A DNA stretch of 63,957 nt, counting the filler, from Nemertoderma westbladi (taxonomy: Eukaryota; Animalia; Xenacoelomorpha), in the NCBI GenBank assembly GCA_032718475.1. It is 3 parts of 3 records of this genome, joined end to end, with 100 filler letters (N's around TTAATTAATTAA, not from the genome) between each part and the next. Parts side by side here need not be neighbours in the genome. Positions count along the whole stretch, not along the records: positions 1 to 22,027 come from JAUCBJ010003012.1; 2 more parts are not named here. One strand, written 5' to 3'. The notes under the pieces are model-generated. The model saw only the letters and a list, made by a program, of their open reading frames with translations, was not told where the DNA came from and did not search any database. How positions within the stretch are numbered: position 1 is the stretch's first letter; every line of letters starts with the position of its first letter. This document shows, piece by piece, positions 1 through 12,850 of the stretch. Both the position numbers and the translations under genes were made by a program.

Positions 1-811
1 TTGTTTTAGCCGTACACTAGTAGGCTTAATCACAAGGACATATATACGTTATCTAACTTGACTAACCTAACTCAATGCAATCAATGCATACTGCAGTACT
101 GCATACACTGCATACTGTGTAACACTGTGCATACTTTATATTGTTATACTGCTATCTGCTGTCTGTACTTCATAATTTGGTTGATGAATTATTATATTTG
201 GAATAACGATAAATAACCCCGAAAACCCAATATTCTTGATATACTGAAGGTAAGAGAGAAAGGTTATACATAACGATTGTGACTTATGTTAAAGTGGTTT
301 GAAGTGAATCTAATGTTATTTGATAGCCCCTACATGAGTCAGTCCGTGTTCCTTTTATATGTGACTAAAATCAGTGAAGATCGGCAGATCAGTGTGCAGT
401 ATTGTGCAGCATTGTGTATGAGTGAGACTGATAACGAAGCACTTCCTAAAGAATGCGCCATATATGTGAATTATAATTAAGCCATATCGTTGTGAGTAGT
501 TTAAGTCATAACTCGGTTTATATAAATAAAGCGCCACGTCCTAAAGGAACTGTTAATATTCCCGAAGGTGAATAATATTGTCAGAGATTATATAATATTG
601 TCAGTCGAATAATACATTAAGCTTACATAGCAATAAAATTAAGCCGTCGAACCCAATCTCCCGGGAATTATCCAGCGGGTGAATGATCGCGCACAGATTG
701 GTTTCGACTAGTGTAGTGAATCAAATATTTGTCATCGGCTAAAGTGATTTATTATCTAACAGACATCCTAATTTGGCGGGTTAAACTGCCAAAGGTCTGA
801 AAGCGCGAACA
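1..811 (+). repeat. Partial LTR of the BEL/Pao family (3' or solo LTR), inserted in an RTE LINE
   Basis: Ends ...AAAGCGCGAACA like all other family LTRs. Very similar to the 45546-46784 LTR. Followed directly by LINE coding sequence. Confidence 0.9.
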
Positions 812-2153
812 AGGGCCCCCTGGACTGACAACAAAATTCAGAAGTGCCGAAATGACCTTCATAAGGCGCAGAAAGAGTCCCGACTCAAACAGACTACAGC
901 GGCCAAGAATGCAGTTAAGGCTGCATCTAGGTCCCTGAACAGGCAGTACTCTGTTAATCTACAGGAGCTAATAAACCAACAGGTTGATGCCATCAATGAT
1001 GCTGACGACAGCAGGCAATCATCCCAGGCATGGAAATCGATCAATCTGCTTACTGGGCGGAAAAGCCAACCAACCACCAAGGTTAAGGCTGAATCACCAG
1101 CCGATCGCCTCAATGATTGGAAAGCCCACTTTGAAAAGCTCCTCAATAATGACAGGGTATTGCCTGATAACTTTTATAGAAGTAAAAGTGTCTGAGTCTG
1201 TACTCCCAGATATTCCCATTGGCGATATCTCCTTTGCAGAAGTGAAGGCTGCTGCAAAGAGCATTAAGACCAATCGTGCCAGTGGAGTAGATGGTGTTCC
1301 CCCTGAGGTCTTTAAAATACCTGAGTGTTTAAAGCTCATCTATCCCATCATAGTAAACATGTACCGAACAACAAGAGTCCCACAAGAAATGAAAACAAAT
1401 AAGTTGGTGCCAGATCCCAAGAAGGGCAACCTAACACTCTATGGTTCTTTTCGGGGAATCTCATTGATCTCGATTGCTGCAAAGCTATACAATAGGATTC
1501 TATTAAATCGCATCAGGGATCCCATTGAGAGACTGCTCCGTGGAAATCAGAATGGGTTCCGTAAAGGTCGTGGGACCATGGAGCCCATTTTGGTACTTAG
1601 AAGGATAATTGAAGAATTATCAAAAAAGAAAGACAGGCATCTGGCTGTTATCTTTGTTGACTTCTTCAAGGCCTTTGATTCAGTCTCTCGCTCACGTATG
1701 TTCAGCATACTTTCATTATATGGGATTCCTGATGAAATTATTGCAGCAATCAGATCAGTATACGATGGTTCGACAACATTTGTGTCTACTGTTGACGGTG
1801 ACACAGAACCATTTGAAGTGTTATGGGGCATCCTCCAAGGAGACACACTTGCACCATTCTTGTTCATTATTGTGGTTGACTATGTTCTACGCATGTCCTT
1901 AGATCATCATAATGATGATGGGGTGATGATAACTCCACCTACTGGCTCCAGAAGTCTAGGAAATCCTGCCAAGTACCTAACTGATCTAGACTTTGCTGAT
2001 GACTTAGGAGTACTCTCAGAATCATTAGAGGGAGCCCAACGGCTCCTCAGCTCATTAGAACATGCTGCTTCTAGTTTTGGTCTTTTTATTAACTCCAGAA
2101 AGACAAAAATTATGACAGTTAACTTTGAAAGTCCTCAGCAAGTCGCTCTAATG
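812..2153 (+). pseudogene. RTE-clade non-LTR retrotransposon fragment (linker + RT), frameshifted near 1175 and 3'-truncated
   Basis: RT motifs PKKG, FRGISL, QNGFRKGR, FVDFFKAFDSV, GILQGDTLAPFLF, DLDFADD, INSRKTK. An upstream frame reads PWTDNKI...WKAHFEKLL. Confidence 0.9.
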
Positions 2154-3029
2154 TAGATCAATGGAGACATTGCCCTGGGACGATTAATCCAGCCGACATC
2201 GCCTCCAGAGGAGCAACTCCTCAAGAACTGATAGATACTCCAGACTGGTTAGGTGGACCCGACTTCTTAAGTAAAGAAGAGGATGAATGGCCTCCTCATC
2301 TTACCACGGCTGAGATTAGACAAGCCAAGGGAGTGGAGAAAGTCAAACCTAAAACCCGGACGAGTAAATCAAAGTTATTTAAACCCGTGATAGATCTGTC
2401 TGTACTACACATTTCCAGGGACGACGCTGTGGATCTAAAAAAATCTGTAGAATGCTGTAGAAATCGCCACCTATCTTAACGAGAGACCGTTTATGCCAGT
2501 CTCATCGAGTCCCGACTCCCTGGAAGCACTAACACCCGCGCATTTCCTACTAAAGAAACCTGTAGCCATGCTCCCACAATTGGAAATCACGGACGGAGAC
2601 GAATACTGCCGACAAACTTGGCAACTCATGCAGTTATTATCCCGTCGTTTCGCTGACCATTTCGAAAAACATTATTTGCCTACGCTACAACTTCGAACCA
2701 AGTGGTTTGCGCAGCAAGAAAACGTCAGCGCCGGAGACATGGTCCTTATTGTGGAATCAGATCTTCCACGAAAGCGGTGGCAGACAGGTCGTATCATCGA
2801 GACTCATATATCCGATGATGGTTTAGTGCGATCGGTAGAACTCGTCGTTATGCGACGTAACTTTAAGAAACCTGGAATTGTATTCGAAACACAACAACTC
2901 AATCGCCCAGTTGGTCGTTTATGTTTACTGGAAAGAGACAGAGAACTATCCGGAAACTATGGAAGGCAAGATACTCTTCCCACGACCACCTCCCTAATCC
3001 AACAAACATCTAGGGACTCCCCAACGTAA
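2146..3029 (+). pseudogene. pol: Pao-type pol remnant: RNase H C-terminus and integrase C-terminus, internally deleted
   Basis: QWRHCPGTINPADIASRG...WLGGPDFL, then LNERP...LTPAHFL...YLPTLQLRTKW...GDMVLI...WQTGRI...DGLVRSV...RPVGRLCLLE. These are BEL/Pao-type motifs. Confidence 0.9.
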
Positions 3030-4768
3030 CAGCGTCTGGAGTGGGTGTGTGACTATATGATTTTATATTTTTTTTATTATTTTTATATTTATGTATGTAA
3101 TATTATGTAATTTTATTATAATCATTTTCTTTAATTTTATTTAGTAGAACATTATTTTAGCGATTATTTAGTAGATTAGTGCAATATATATATATTCATG
3201 TTTATTACTTAATTACTTACCATTATATATTTAGTTTAACGGCGAGAAATAATTATTTTCTCTTTCCTTACTGTCCATATCATATTATAAATACGTGACT
3301 ACAGTAAGATGAAATGTCTGTACTTATTAAAGTACAAAATACCGCCCCTACTATACTCAAGTATTATCGGTAAGTAGAGTATTAGGAATGCAAAGTTCAG
3401 ATCCTCGTGTCTCAGCTAAACCAAGCTCTGGGTAGACCTTGGAAACGACTTGCCTCTTCTCACTGACATTGCTTCTTGCAATATTCCTCTCATACCGTAC
3501 ATTAAATAATACATATAGTAGCGTGATGTCCCTTTAACAGTAGCGTACCACGCAAAATAAATCTGTTAAACCCTTTGACCACCGGTAATTCTAGTCGATT
3601 AAGCCACCGATATACTTGAAAGACAAAATTCTAGAATCAGTGGTTAACGTCCCCAGACATGTTCTGGAATAAATAGGTGCCCATCTTAAATATTAAATAT
3701 TTAATAAATATTTATAAAATTCTATAAAATCTATTAAAACAAATGTTATAATAGAGTAATAGGCAGACAAATAAACTCTAAGGAGTTTGTAAACCAAGAA
3801 AATCTATAAATCCAAAATCTGTTAAAATTCAGATCCTTTAAAATTCTAGTCAATTAAGATATCGTAGCACTTACCGATACTCTTGAAAGGACAAATTTCC
3901 TAGAATCAAAGATCCCAGTCCCCAGACATGCTCTGGAATAAAATTGTGCCTATTTAATATTAAATAATAAAATTTACGGGAATAAATTTAAATTCATATC
4001 CTCTCATGAATTTGATAAATTGTTACTTTATACAATTTATAACATTCCCAAAATTCCATTAAATAATAGATCATGGGAGCGGAGATTCACCCTATTAAGT
4101 ATATTAGTGTGCGAGAATCTCCAATATATAGTCAATAGCCGATAAAATTCATAAAATCATGTATAAAGGGGAATATTGACAATTAAAGAATCACTATTAA
4201 ATAGCATCCCAGATCTGTATGCGTGAGAATTACCCTAATTCTACTGCTAGCTTTCCATAATGTCACCATAGCAACAACCACGCTAGAATTAGAAGCGAGT
4301 TAAAAGAACAATAGAAAGCTTGCCCCATTGAATAACATACGGAATAAATAGCGCACTACTAGTATCCAAGGATACATAATAATAACGTGGCATTCTTGAA
4401 GGCACTTGACTAATGGACAAATGGCCCGAATGTGTACAATTTGTGACAGTTGTGTGGAATTTGTGCATTTATAGGTGAATGTTACTACTATAGTGTGTTT
4501 ACAGTAGCGAGTTGCAGTTGTGAAAGTTGCCCTACCTCTGTAGTAAGAACCTGAAGTAATTCTAAGCCCTTGGGACGGACAGTGGAGTGACTCGCGCTGG
4601 TTATTGTTGTCGTTGTGTAGCTACTTACTACGTTGGCGAGAGGCACAGCGACGACAGTACATCAGCGCTGAGGATCTTGCGCTGTCCGGGGCCATTGAGG
4701 GGGAGGCAGCGACGACCGCTAGCCTAAATTATAATTAATTATAATATCGATAAACTCATATAGCAGCT

Positions 4769-6977
4769 ATGACTGAGTTGATAGAAAATGATCTTGGTAT
4801 CATGGAGCGATATACCCTACCATTGCAAGCGTTTGTTGATAGTTTAATACGTGGTGACGTTAGTCAACCCACTACGGAGGACGATGGCCGTTATATCGAA
4901 CCGCCAATGCCAAAGGAACAGCTCACGCGTGAATTGGACTATAGAAAATTCACCGCTCGCTATACGCATCGTAATGGTACATATATGGACTTCTTAACTA
5001 CTGGTCATCCTATCGATTTACATGACACGGACGATGTAGACACCGAAAGGGAAATGATCCTATTTAAATATCATACCCAGCGGAGTCGGAATGATAAACT
5101 GAGAATCGAACACGAAAATTCTATTTGAAACCAACTCGAAAGAGAAGACGTTGAAGAGCCGGATAAACGCAGTCACTTCAACGAATATCTGGAATTCTTG
5201 AGAGAAACATATCTCAATGTAGCCAGTCAACAAACAAAATCTAGAAACTCGATATCCTCAAGGTATACATCATGACCCTATGATAGAACTCAAACGACTC
5301 TATTTCACTATGATGTATCTTACCGCCGATCGACCGCTACCTATTGTACCGGATAGCTTCGAACAGATGGAGGAATATTGTAAAACTGGAGAAAGATCAC
5401 CCGCGTTTCCCCTACAAGACGTGCATCTTTGGTATTATTGCGATGAATGCCCTAGACCCAACCAACAAACGGAAAGACATAAACATCCGCGGAGACGTTG
5501 CGCCAAACACAGTTTTACTCGCTATACTTACGGGAGTTTCGAGCGAAACTTGTTCGATGTATCACCTACGCTCGCTCGACTCAAACGATCCTTAAATAAA
5601 CCGATGATCAGAGTTCCGGAATACTCGGTCAGACCTCCTCATTCCCTGGTGAGACCTCAGACTCTTGATCCTAATAGTATAACGGATCCTCCTGAACTGT
5701 ACTCACTGTTCAAAGATCTAGTGTTACCCAAACAATTAATCGGTGGCACTCCAGTAGTGGGATCTCTAGATATTCGCCCATCCTACCTAGCCGGATTGGG
5801 ACACGGACGTTTAATATCGCCGTTCAACCCGTATAATCGTCCCGGTTTAACCCCGATACAACCCGTCACCGAGGTGGAGGAGAGCGTTGTACGAAACGCG
5901 TTGGACGCTATTCGGCAAAAGATTGGAAAAGGAACTTACGATTGTTTAGATAAACGTAAATTGCAGCAGCAAGTCCAAGCGGTAAAAGAATTAGCTTTAC
6001 CTCAGTTCGATCGAGAAATCCAGAATCTCGAGGAGGACATCGAACTTGGACGAACCCACTCTCTACAAGAGTTTTTGGACGAACGCTTCCAACGACAAGC
6101 GGAGGAAAATTAGCTCGAGGAGAAGCATATAGAAATGGACGAGAGAGAAGAAGCAGCTTTAGCCCAGCCAGAAGCTCAAATCCTTATGACTGATCTCTAT
6201 TCCAAAACCGTTATTCACCCTTCAATGGTTCCCCATTTCGGAGACAAACTCTTCGCCACGGTACAACCCCAACCGGTTGATATCAACCTAAGATCTCGAG
6301 ATCTTATCGCTGATGCTCCTATGTTACAACGTCCACCAATCGAGACCGCTCGTGTCGACGGCATACTCGTTGAACCTCCGGACAATCGAGCGGATCTTGT
6401 CCGTCGTATGGTACACGAGGTCAACCTATGCGCTAGACCTTTTACCGAACTCATTTTATGGGATCAAAGACCACCCTTATTATGTCAATTTAACTCAATA
6501 TTATATGGTGAAACCGGAAGATCCTACATACAGTTTAAAGTTTCTACCATTGATAAATCACGCGGTGACTTGTTCATAAACTCGCATCCAGAGTTACAAG
6601 AAGTTCATAGACAACCATATGAATATAAAGCCAGAGAACGCGAGTTGGAAAGAACCATCAAACCGAGGAAATTTCTCACTACTCACGGTCAACCTACCGC
6701 TCTCGTGCAAACGACTCATCAGGGACCAGTAAGAGCTGCTGTCTTGAAACGCGCTCTAAAGGTTGTTCGACCTCGTTCCACTGAGGTTGATATCGATCAA
6801 CCGGGTACCTCGACCGGCGGATACACTGACCGTAACCCTAAACCTTCCGATGCAATTGTATTGCACCCCTCACCCAGGAGTTATAGCCCTCCTAGTAAAG
6901 TGGCTCGCCCCAAAGAGAAAAGGACTCTTGCTAGCCTCAAAAAACTTCGTAAACACCGTTCACGTAAGAAGGACTAA
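4769..6977 (+). pseudogene. Extra (cargo) ORF of the BEL family, type A, ~735 codons when reconstructed; unknown function
   Basis: The three ORF-track pieces join into one ORF. TGA 5126 is CGA and TAG 6111 is CAG in sister copies, and a 4-nt insertion near 5232 is absent in copy C. Confidence 0.8.
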
Positions 6978-7393
6978 TTGTTTAGAGTATTTTTATATTT
7001 TAGAAACTGTGATTTTTTATATTTTATAGAATTAAATCCCATTTTCTGGGAGCGGTGTAAAAGCTTTTGCGGACATAACAAGTCATTTTTCCCCGCAATG
7101 CGCAGTGTGGGTGCTTTGGCGGACGTGGTGGGTCGTTTTTGCCGCAGTGCGCATAATGCTCTAAAAGATTGGAGCTCAGATGACGAAATCTGTCAGCTGA
7201 TTTCCTGTAGACATGGAGCCTCTTTGTTCTGCTCAGCCAATCAGAGCGATTTTCACTTTATGTTGGACAGGGGCCTATGGAGGACCGCGCGGTGCGTTGC
7301 AGTTTTTGTTTGCCTTTCTGGGCCTCGGGGCCGGCTTGGAGTTCTTCTGGGCTTCCGTTTTGGAGGTTTCGGACTTTGGCCTGGGCATCTGAT

Positions 7394-7541
7394 TGTTAGA
7401 GGTATATTGTATAGGCCATGCCTTACAGGTGGAGGTTGGGGGGCAGCTCTAAGTATGTACCGGTAAGGTGATGATATATATATTTGTGTAGATTAAAGTA
7501 AAGTGTCAGACTTGTATGAACGTGTATTTCAGTATTTAACA
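7394..7541 (+). repeat. Copia 5' LTR (148 bp)
   Basis: TGTTAGA...TTTAACA; differs from the 3' LTR by one substitution and a 7-nt indel. Confidence 0.95.
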
Positions 7542-7559
7542 TGGTAGCAGAGCGTGGTT
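7542..7559 (+). promoter_or_regulatory. Copia primer-binding site, complementary to the 3' end of initiator tRNA-Met
   Basis: TGGTAGCAGAGCGTGGTT abuts the LTR; TGGTAGCAGAG is the PBS typical of GalEa elements. Confidence 0.9.
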
Positions 7560-7969
7560 GTACCGTTACCAAACAGATTTAGGCCTATTGAAAACTTATT
7601 TTAATATAGACATATTGGTGTTGCAAAGACAGAGATCGACTACCACCTACAGACTTTACTTAACTGTGTACTGCTGACTAGGGCTACAGCTGTACATGCT
7701 GTGCAGCAGTGCAGACAGGCCAGCAGGCTGACGTGCTGTGCCTGTTACCAGTATCCTATTATTACCACTGTCAGTACCGACACATCTGACCGTTGCGTTG
7801 ATCCATTTAATCTGTTCAGACAGGCAGACAGCCCCGTATTGGTATTGGTCATACGGGTCTGACGGTAGGCCTAGGCTTACAGGCCTATATCCAGATATCA
7901 TATTTACCGGTATTGCGGTACCTTACTGCTAAGGGTAACCGGTCTGTCGGTGCAAGAATCAAACGGACT

Positions 7970-10900
7970 ATGACTTCTGTAAAAGAGTTGACACCCCCTC
8001 TATTAGGGGAAAATGAAAATTATAGGGAATGGAAGAAGTTGGTCAATCTTTGGTGTCAACGCAGCAAGGCCCCAGGAAGACAGAAAGCAGGTGACATAAT
8101 TCTTTATTCACTTAAGGGAGAGGCCAGATCTTTAGCTCTTTCACTGGAAGAAGACCTATTGCAAGCAGATGGGCAAGCTGGAGTGGAATATCTGTTAAAA
8201 GAATTAGATAAACTTTTTGAAAAAGACCGTGATACCCAAGGATATGAAAATTGGAAGAAATTAATTAACTTTACAAGAGGTGAGCGTACTGTTCTAATGT
8301 ATTGTTCTGAATTTCGCAGATTGCGCAGAGAGGCAAAATTATTTAGTATAGATCTTTCAGATACTACGTTTGCCTATATGGTACTAGACAACTGTGGCTT
8401 ACCCAACAGTCAAAAATTATTACTACTATCAGTTGCTTTAAGTCAAACTGTGGCTGGTAGTGGGTTGAGTTCAGATAATGTGGAAACAGCACTACGTCGT
8501 ATTGATAGCAGTAGCAATAACAACATTACTACCGGTACTGATTTAGAGAATGCAGATGCATCAAATTCAAAATATACAAATAGCGTACTTGTAGCAGCAG
8601 GACAAGATGAACCATCACTTGAGTATGAATTATCTGAAATGGAAGTCAGTGAATGTGACACATCATCTTTCAATGATGTAGAGAAAGATGAATTAGTGCG
8701 CTATGCAATGACTACTTATAATACTGGAAAAATAAATCAAGGTGGTACGAAGTCATGCAATAGAAGCTGGCATCAATCGGTACAAGGTAGACCTCGAATG
8801 AATGCTAGAGACATCCAAACTAGTGAAATAATCAGATGCTATGGTTGTGGGTCGCGATTCCATCTATATAGGTCAGGAAATTGTCCCAAGAATATTGGTA
8901 GTAAAGGTTCATATAGATTTCACAATAATAATGTATGTAATAAAGGAAACAGTTTTCAAAGATATCATCCGATGGGTGAGGAAAATCTTTTTGTAGAGAG
9001 ACATGAGTCAATAGTTGAATCTCAAGAATCATATATTACTAACCAAAACGAAATAGATATTGAAAATGATTCAGTAGCGATAATCGATTCAGCTTGTACA
9101 TGTACAGTGTGTGGGACAACATTCTATACACAGTATCGTGATAATTTAAAAACGGCAACTGGTTTAGAACCATTAAGACAAGAAGATGGTGGTAAAGTAT
9201 ATCGTTTTGGAAATGATGGCGTTAAAATTAGTCTATTTAATGTTAGTTTACCAGTTTCAATTTTTGGCAAAGTTTATCATCTATCTTGTGATGTTGTTAG
9301 GGGAAATTGTCCACTTTTATTAAGCCGAACAGCACTTTCAAAGTTGGGTTTGATACTTGATTTTAAAAATAAGATGGCAACAATTGAAAATCAAAGTTTT
9401 AATCTTAAACAATCACAAAAGGGGCATTTTGTCATTCCATTGATAACAAATTGGCCAATGAACTCAATGCGTATGGTTGCAGATAAGCATAAAGTAACTG
9501 TTTCAGGAAATCAAACACCTAAAACGATCTCTTCTTCTTCAGCCAATATTGCAATATCGAATGGTGATTTGAGTATGCCATGTGATGATGTTGATAGTAA
9601 CATTCAAATAGAATTCTCTCATACTATTGGTGATAAATGTGAAGTTTACAGTGTATCTAGTAAGGATATAACAACAATGGAGCATAAAGTTCTAGCCAAG
9701 AGATTGCATATTAACCTAGGACATCCCTCTGAAGATAGGTTAATTAAAACAGTAAAAAGTTCATTGGACAATCGGAAAAACATACCGGTAATTAATGATA
9801 TTAACATTAGAGGTATTGTGTCAGCGATAAATGAAGTTTCCAGGCAATGTGAAATTTGTAAGGCAGGAAAACGGCATAATAATCGGCCAAAGGTGACAGT
9901 TGCCCACGCTGACAAGTTTAATGACACATTAGCTATGGATCTTTCGGATTGGGTTGACCCAGTAACGTCACGGACGTATACAATGTTGCATTTAATAGAT
10001 ATATATTCTAGGTTTTCTGCAGCTTGTTTTATGAAGAGTAAGGAAACTAAAGAAGTAATAGAGGGGATAGCACAAACTTGGCTGACTGTATTTGGTCCAC
10101 CTCAGAAAGTATATTCAGATAATGGTGGAGAGTTTCATTCTGTTGAATTAATGTGTTTTTACGAACGATTTGGAATTTACGTTGATACTACGGCAGCTGA
10201 ATCGCCTTTTTCAAATGGTATATGCGAAAGAAATAATGGTACACTTAAATCAATTATGACTAAAGTACGTAAGGATAACTTCAGCTGTTCTTTGAGTACT
10301 GTTCTTGGATACAGTTTATTAGCTAAAAATACTCTTATAGACAATCTTGGTTTTTCTCCATTTCAGCGTGTATTTGGCTCAAATCCTAGATTACCTGTTA
10401 TAACTTCTGAAATATTACCAATGATCAATGATTCTGAAAACTATCAGCGCATACGCCAACATTTAAATTTGTTGCATGAAACAAGGATGGCTTGTATTGG
10501 AGCTGAATGCGATGACAGAGTAAAGAGAGCACTAAAACAGAGAATAATTTCAAGTGATGGTCCTTTTGAGTCTGGTGATAATGTATGCTATTGGCGGGAT
10601 GAGAAGTCAAAAGCTGGAAGAGGTTGGCACAGTCCAGGAAAGGTTATTGGTCAGGATGGGTCAGTAGTTTTTCGTACGACATGGAGGATTTGTGATAAAT
10701 GTACATCAGCGTGATTTGAGAAGAATGAGTGATGAAGGCAAATTACTGAAGTTGAAAGCAATTGGTGGAAAACTTGTAGAAAATGAGAGTGAAACCAGAA
10801 ACATAGAAGGAAACAACAAAAGTTCATTGTTAAACATGATTACTCCAAATACAACAATTGGTATTAATCAATCTCCGTTATCTACAGTCAAGCAGTTAAG

Positions 10901-12575
10901 TAGTATTGCTATGGACACATCTAATAATAATATTAGCATAAATAACACTGGAGCTCTAGATGATAAAATGGATAAAAGTGGGTCTCTAGAAAGGCCACAC
11001 CGTAACCCTAAACCAATTGTAAGATATGGAATAGATGAGGTTTATGAACTATCTGATAGTTATATAACTACTGCTGAAAATAATAGTAAACGATTTGCAT
11101 ATGCAAAGGAAGATGAACTAATTTCTTGGCAACAACACGGCGTAATGAAGGAGGTTAAAGAAGAAGACATGACTAATCAGCCAATCTCTTGCAAGTGGGT
11201 ATTAACGGAAAAACAAGGAGCTACAGGATCAATAAGGTTAAAGGCAAGACTTGTAGCTCGTGGTTTCCAGGAGAACAAGTTGGATTTACAAACATACTCC
11301 CCAACATCCCACAGGGATACTCTCAAGCTCATTCTTGCTATTTTTCCATCACTTTGTTTTAGACCTCATTCCCTAGATGTTAAAACTGCTTTTTTGCAAA
11401 GTAAATCATTTGAACGAGATGTTTTTGTCGTTCCTCCACCTGAGGCTCATCTTTCTCCTAATATTTTTTGGAAATTGCTTAAACCAGTATATGGCTTGGT
11501 TGATGCTCCTAGAAACTGGTTTAATAGTTTATCAGAGGCACTTGTTAATCTTGGATTAAAGAAAAGTGACCTGGATCCCTCGTTGTTTGTGTATATAGTG
11601 AATGGTGAAATACATGGTTTAGTAACCATTCATGTAGATGATCTGTTGTATGGTGGTACAACTATATTCCATACAAAAATAATCAATAAATTAAAAGAAA
11701 TCTTTGTGGTAGCACCTTCAAAGAAAGACAATTTTGAGTATACCGGACTAGTGATAAATACAATTGACAGTGTTGATAACTCATTTAACATTCATGTACT
11801 TACAAAAGATGAATATTTAATGAAAATGGGTTTCATGGCTGTTCGGAAGGGAGAATTAGACTGCCCAATGTCAAAGGACGAAATAACAGAATTTCGCTCC
11901 ATTCTCGGTGTTCTTCAATGGGTTGGTTCACAAACACGTCCTGACATAATGTATGGAACATCTACATTATTGGGATCATTGAGAAATCCATTGGTAAAGC
12001 ATATTCAACAACTTAATAAGTTAATTCGCAAAGCAAAGTCATTGCAGCCAATTAAACTTGTATATCGGCCGTTAGATTTAAAGACATTATCTCTGATTAT
12101 TTATTCTGATTGTAGCTTTGGAGCCTTAAATGATGGGGGAAGTCAAGGGGGATTCATTGTTGGTCTCCATGGTCGATTAAGGAATTACGATGAGGTTAGA
12201 GTTAATACGTTAATGTGGAAGTCAAAACGTGTACAACGAGTAGTACGTTCTAGTTTTGCAGGGGAAACTCTTGCTGCACTTGACGGGTGCGATGCTGCGA
12301 TATACATAAAAGCCATGTTGCATGAACTCACATTGAAAATTGACTTTATGAAACTTCTGACAGACTCTAAAAGCTTAGTGGATCACATCTTATACACAAA
12401 GAATGATCCTGCAGAAAAGAAGTTAAAGATTGACCTAGCAATACTCCGTGAAGAAGCATTACAGGGACTAAGTGTTCAACATGTAACTGGAAAGAAACAA
12501 GCAGCTGATGTCCTAACAAAGGAGATGCCTGGTGAACAAATTTTAAATCTAATAACTGATGGAATTATTGAATAA
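7970..12575 (+). CDS. gag-pol: Copia Gag-Pol polyprotein with one extra T near 10670
   Basis: Knuckle CYGCGSRFH, protease IIDSAC, integrase LHINLGH...CEIC and SDNGGEF...NGICER, RT KARLVARGF / YGLVDAPRNWF / HVDD, RNase H TDSKSL / ADVLTK. Removing one T from the T5 run restores VFVRHGGFVINVH. Confidence 0.88.
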
Positions 12576-12695
12576 AAAAAAAATAATAATAATAAATAAA
12601 TGGAAAGGGGAATATTAGTCTATACTAGAATTTCATAAATGTGTGGTGGAGGTATTTTATGTATATAACTAACATATTAATTAAAGTAGAGTGAG

Positions 12696-12850
12696 TGTTA
12701 GAGGTATATTGTATAGGCCATGCCTTACAGGTGGAGGTCGGGGGGCAGCTCTAAGTATGTACCGGTAAGGTGATGATATATATATTTGTGTAGATTAAAG
12801 TAAAGTGTCAGACTTGTATGAACGTGTGTCGTGTATTTCAGTATTTAACA
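12696..12850 (+). repeat. Copia 3' LTR (155 bp)
   Basis: Direct repeat of 7394-7541, followed by TSD CTGAT. Confidence 0.95.

Larger units (their letters stand above)
7394..12850 (+). mobile_element. Full-length Ty1/Copia retrotransposon, GalEa-like
   Basis: LTRs 7394-7541 and 12696-12850, TSD CTGAT (7389-7393 and 12851-12855), PBS TGGTAGCAGAGC, purine tract 12683-12695. Domain order gag-PR-IN-RT-RH. Confidence 0.95.

Noticed and set aside
286-537. Small ORFs recurring in LTRs (286-480, 46258-46452, 27471-27716, 39322-39567)
   Set aside because: They recur only because the LTRs are near-identical; frames are not kept across LTR subfamilies.
3036-3056. GGAGTGGG-TGTGTGAC after pol as a relic PPT/LTR start
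   Set aside because: Conserved in three copies but too short, and there is no matching LTR-like repeat.
4769-6977. Extra ORF as an env gene
   Set aside because: No visible signal peptide or hydrophobic membrane anchor, and it ends in a basic tail.
10660-10714. Programmed frameshift between the two Copia ORFs
   Set aside because: It falls inside the conserved post-integrase VRHGG motif; one extra T explains it as mutation or error.
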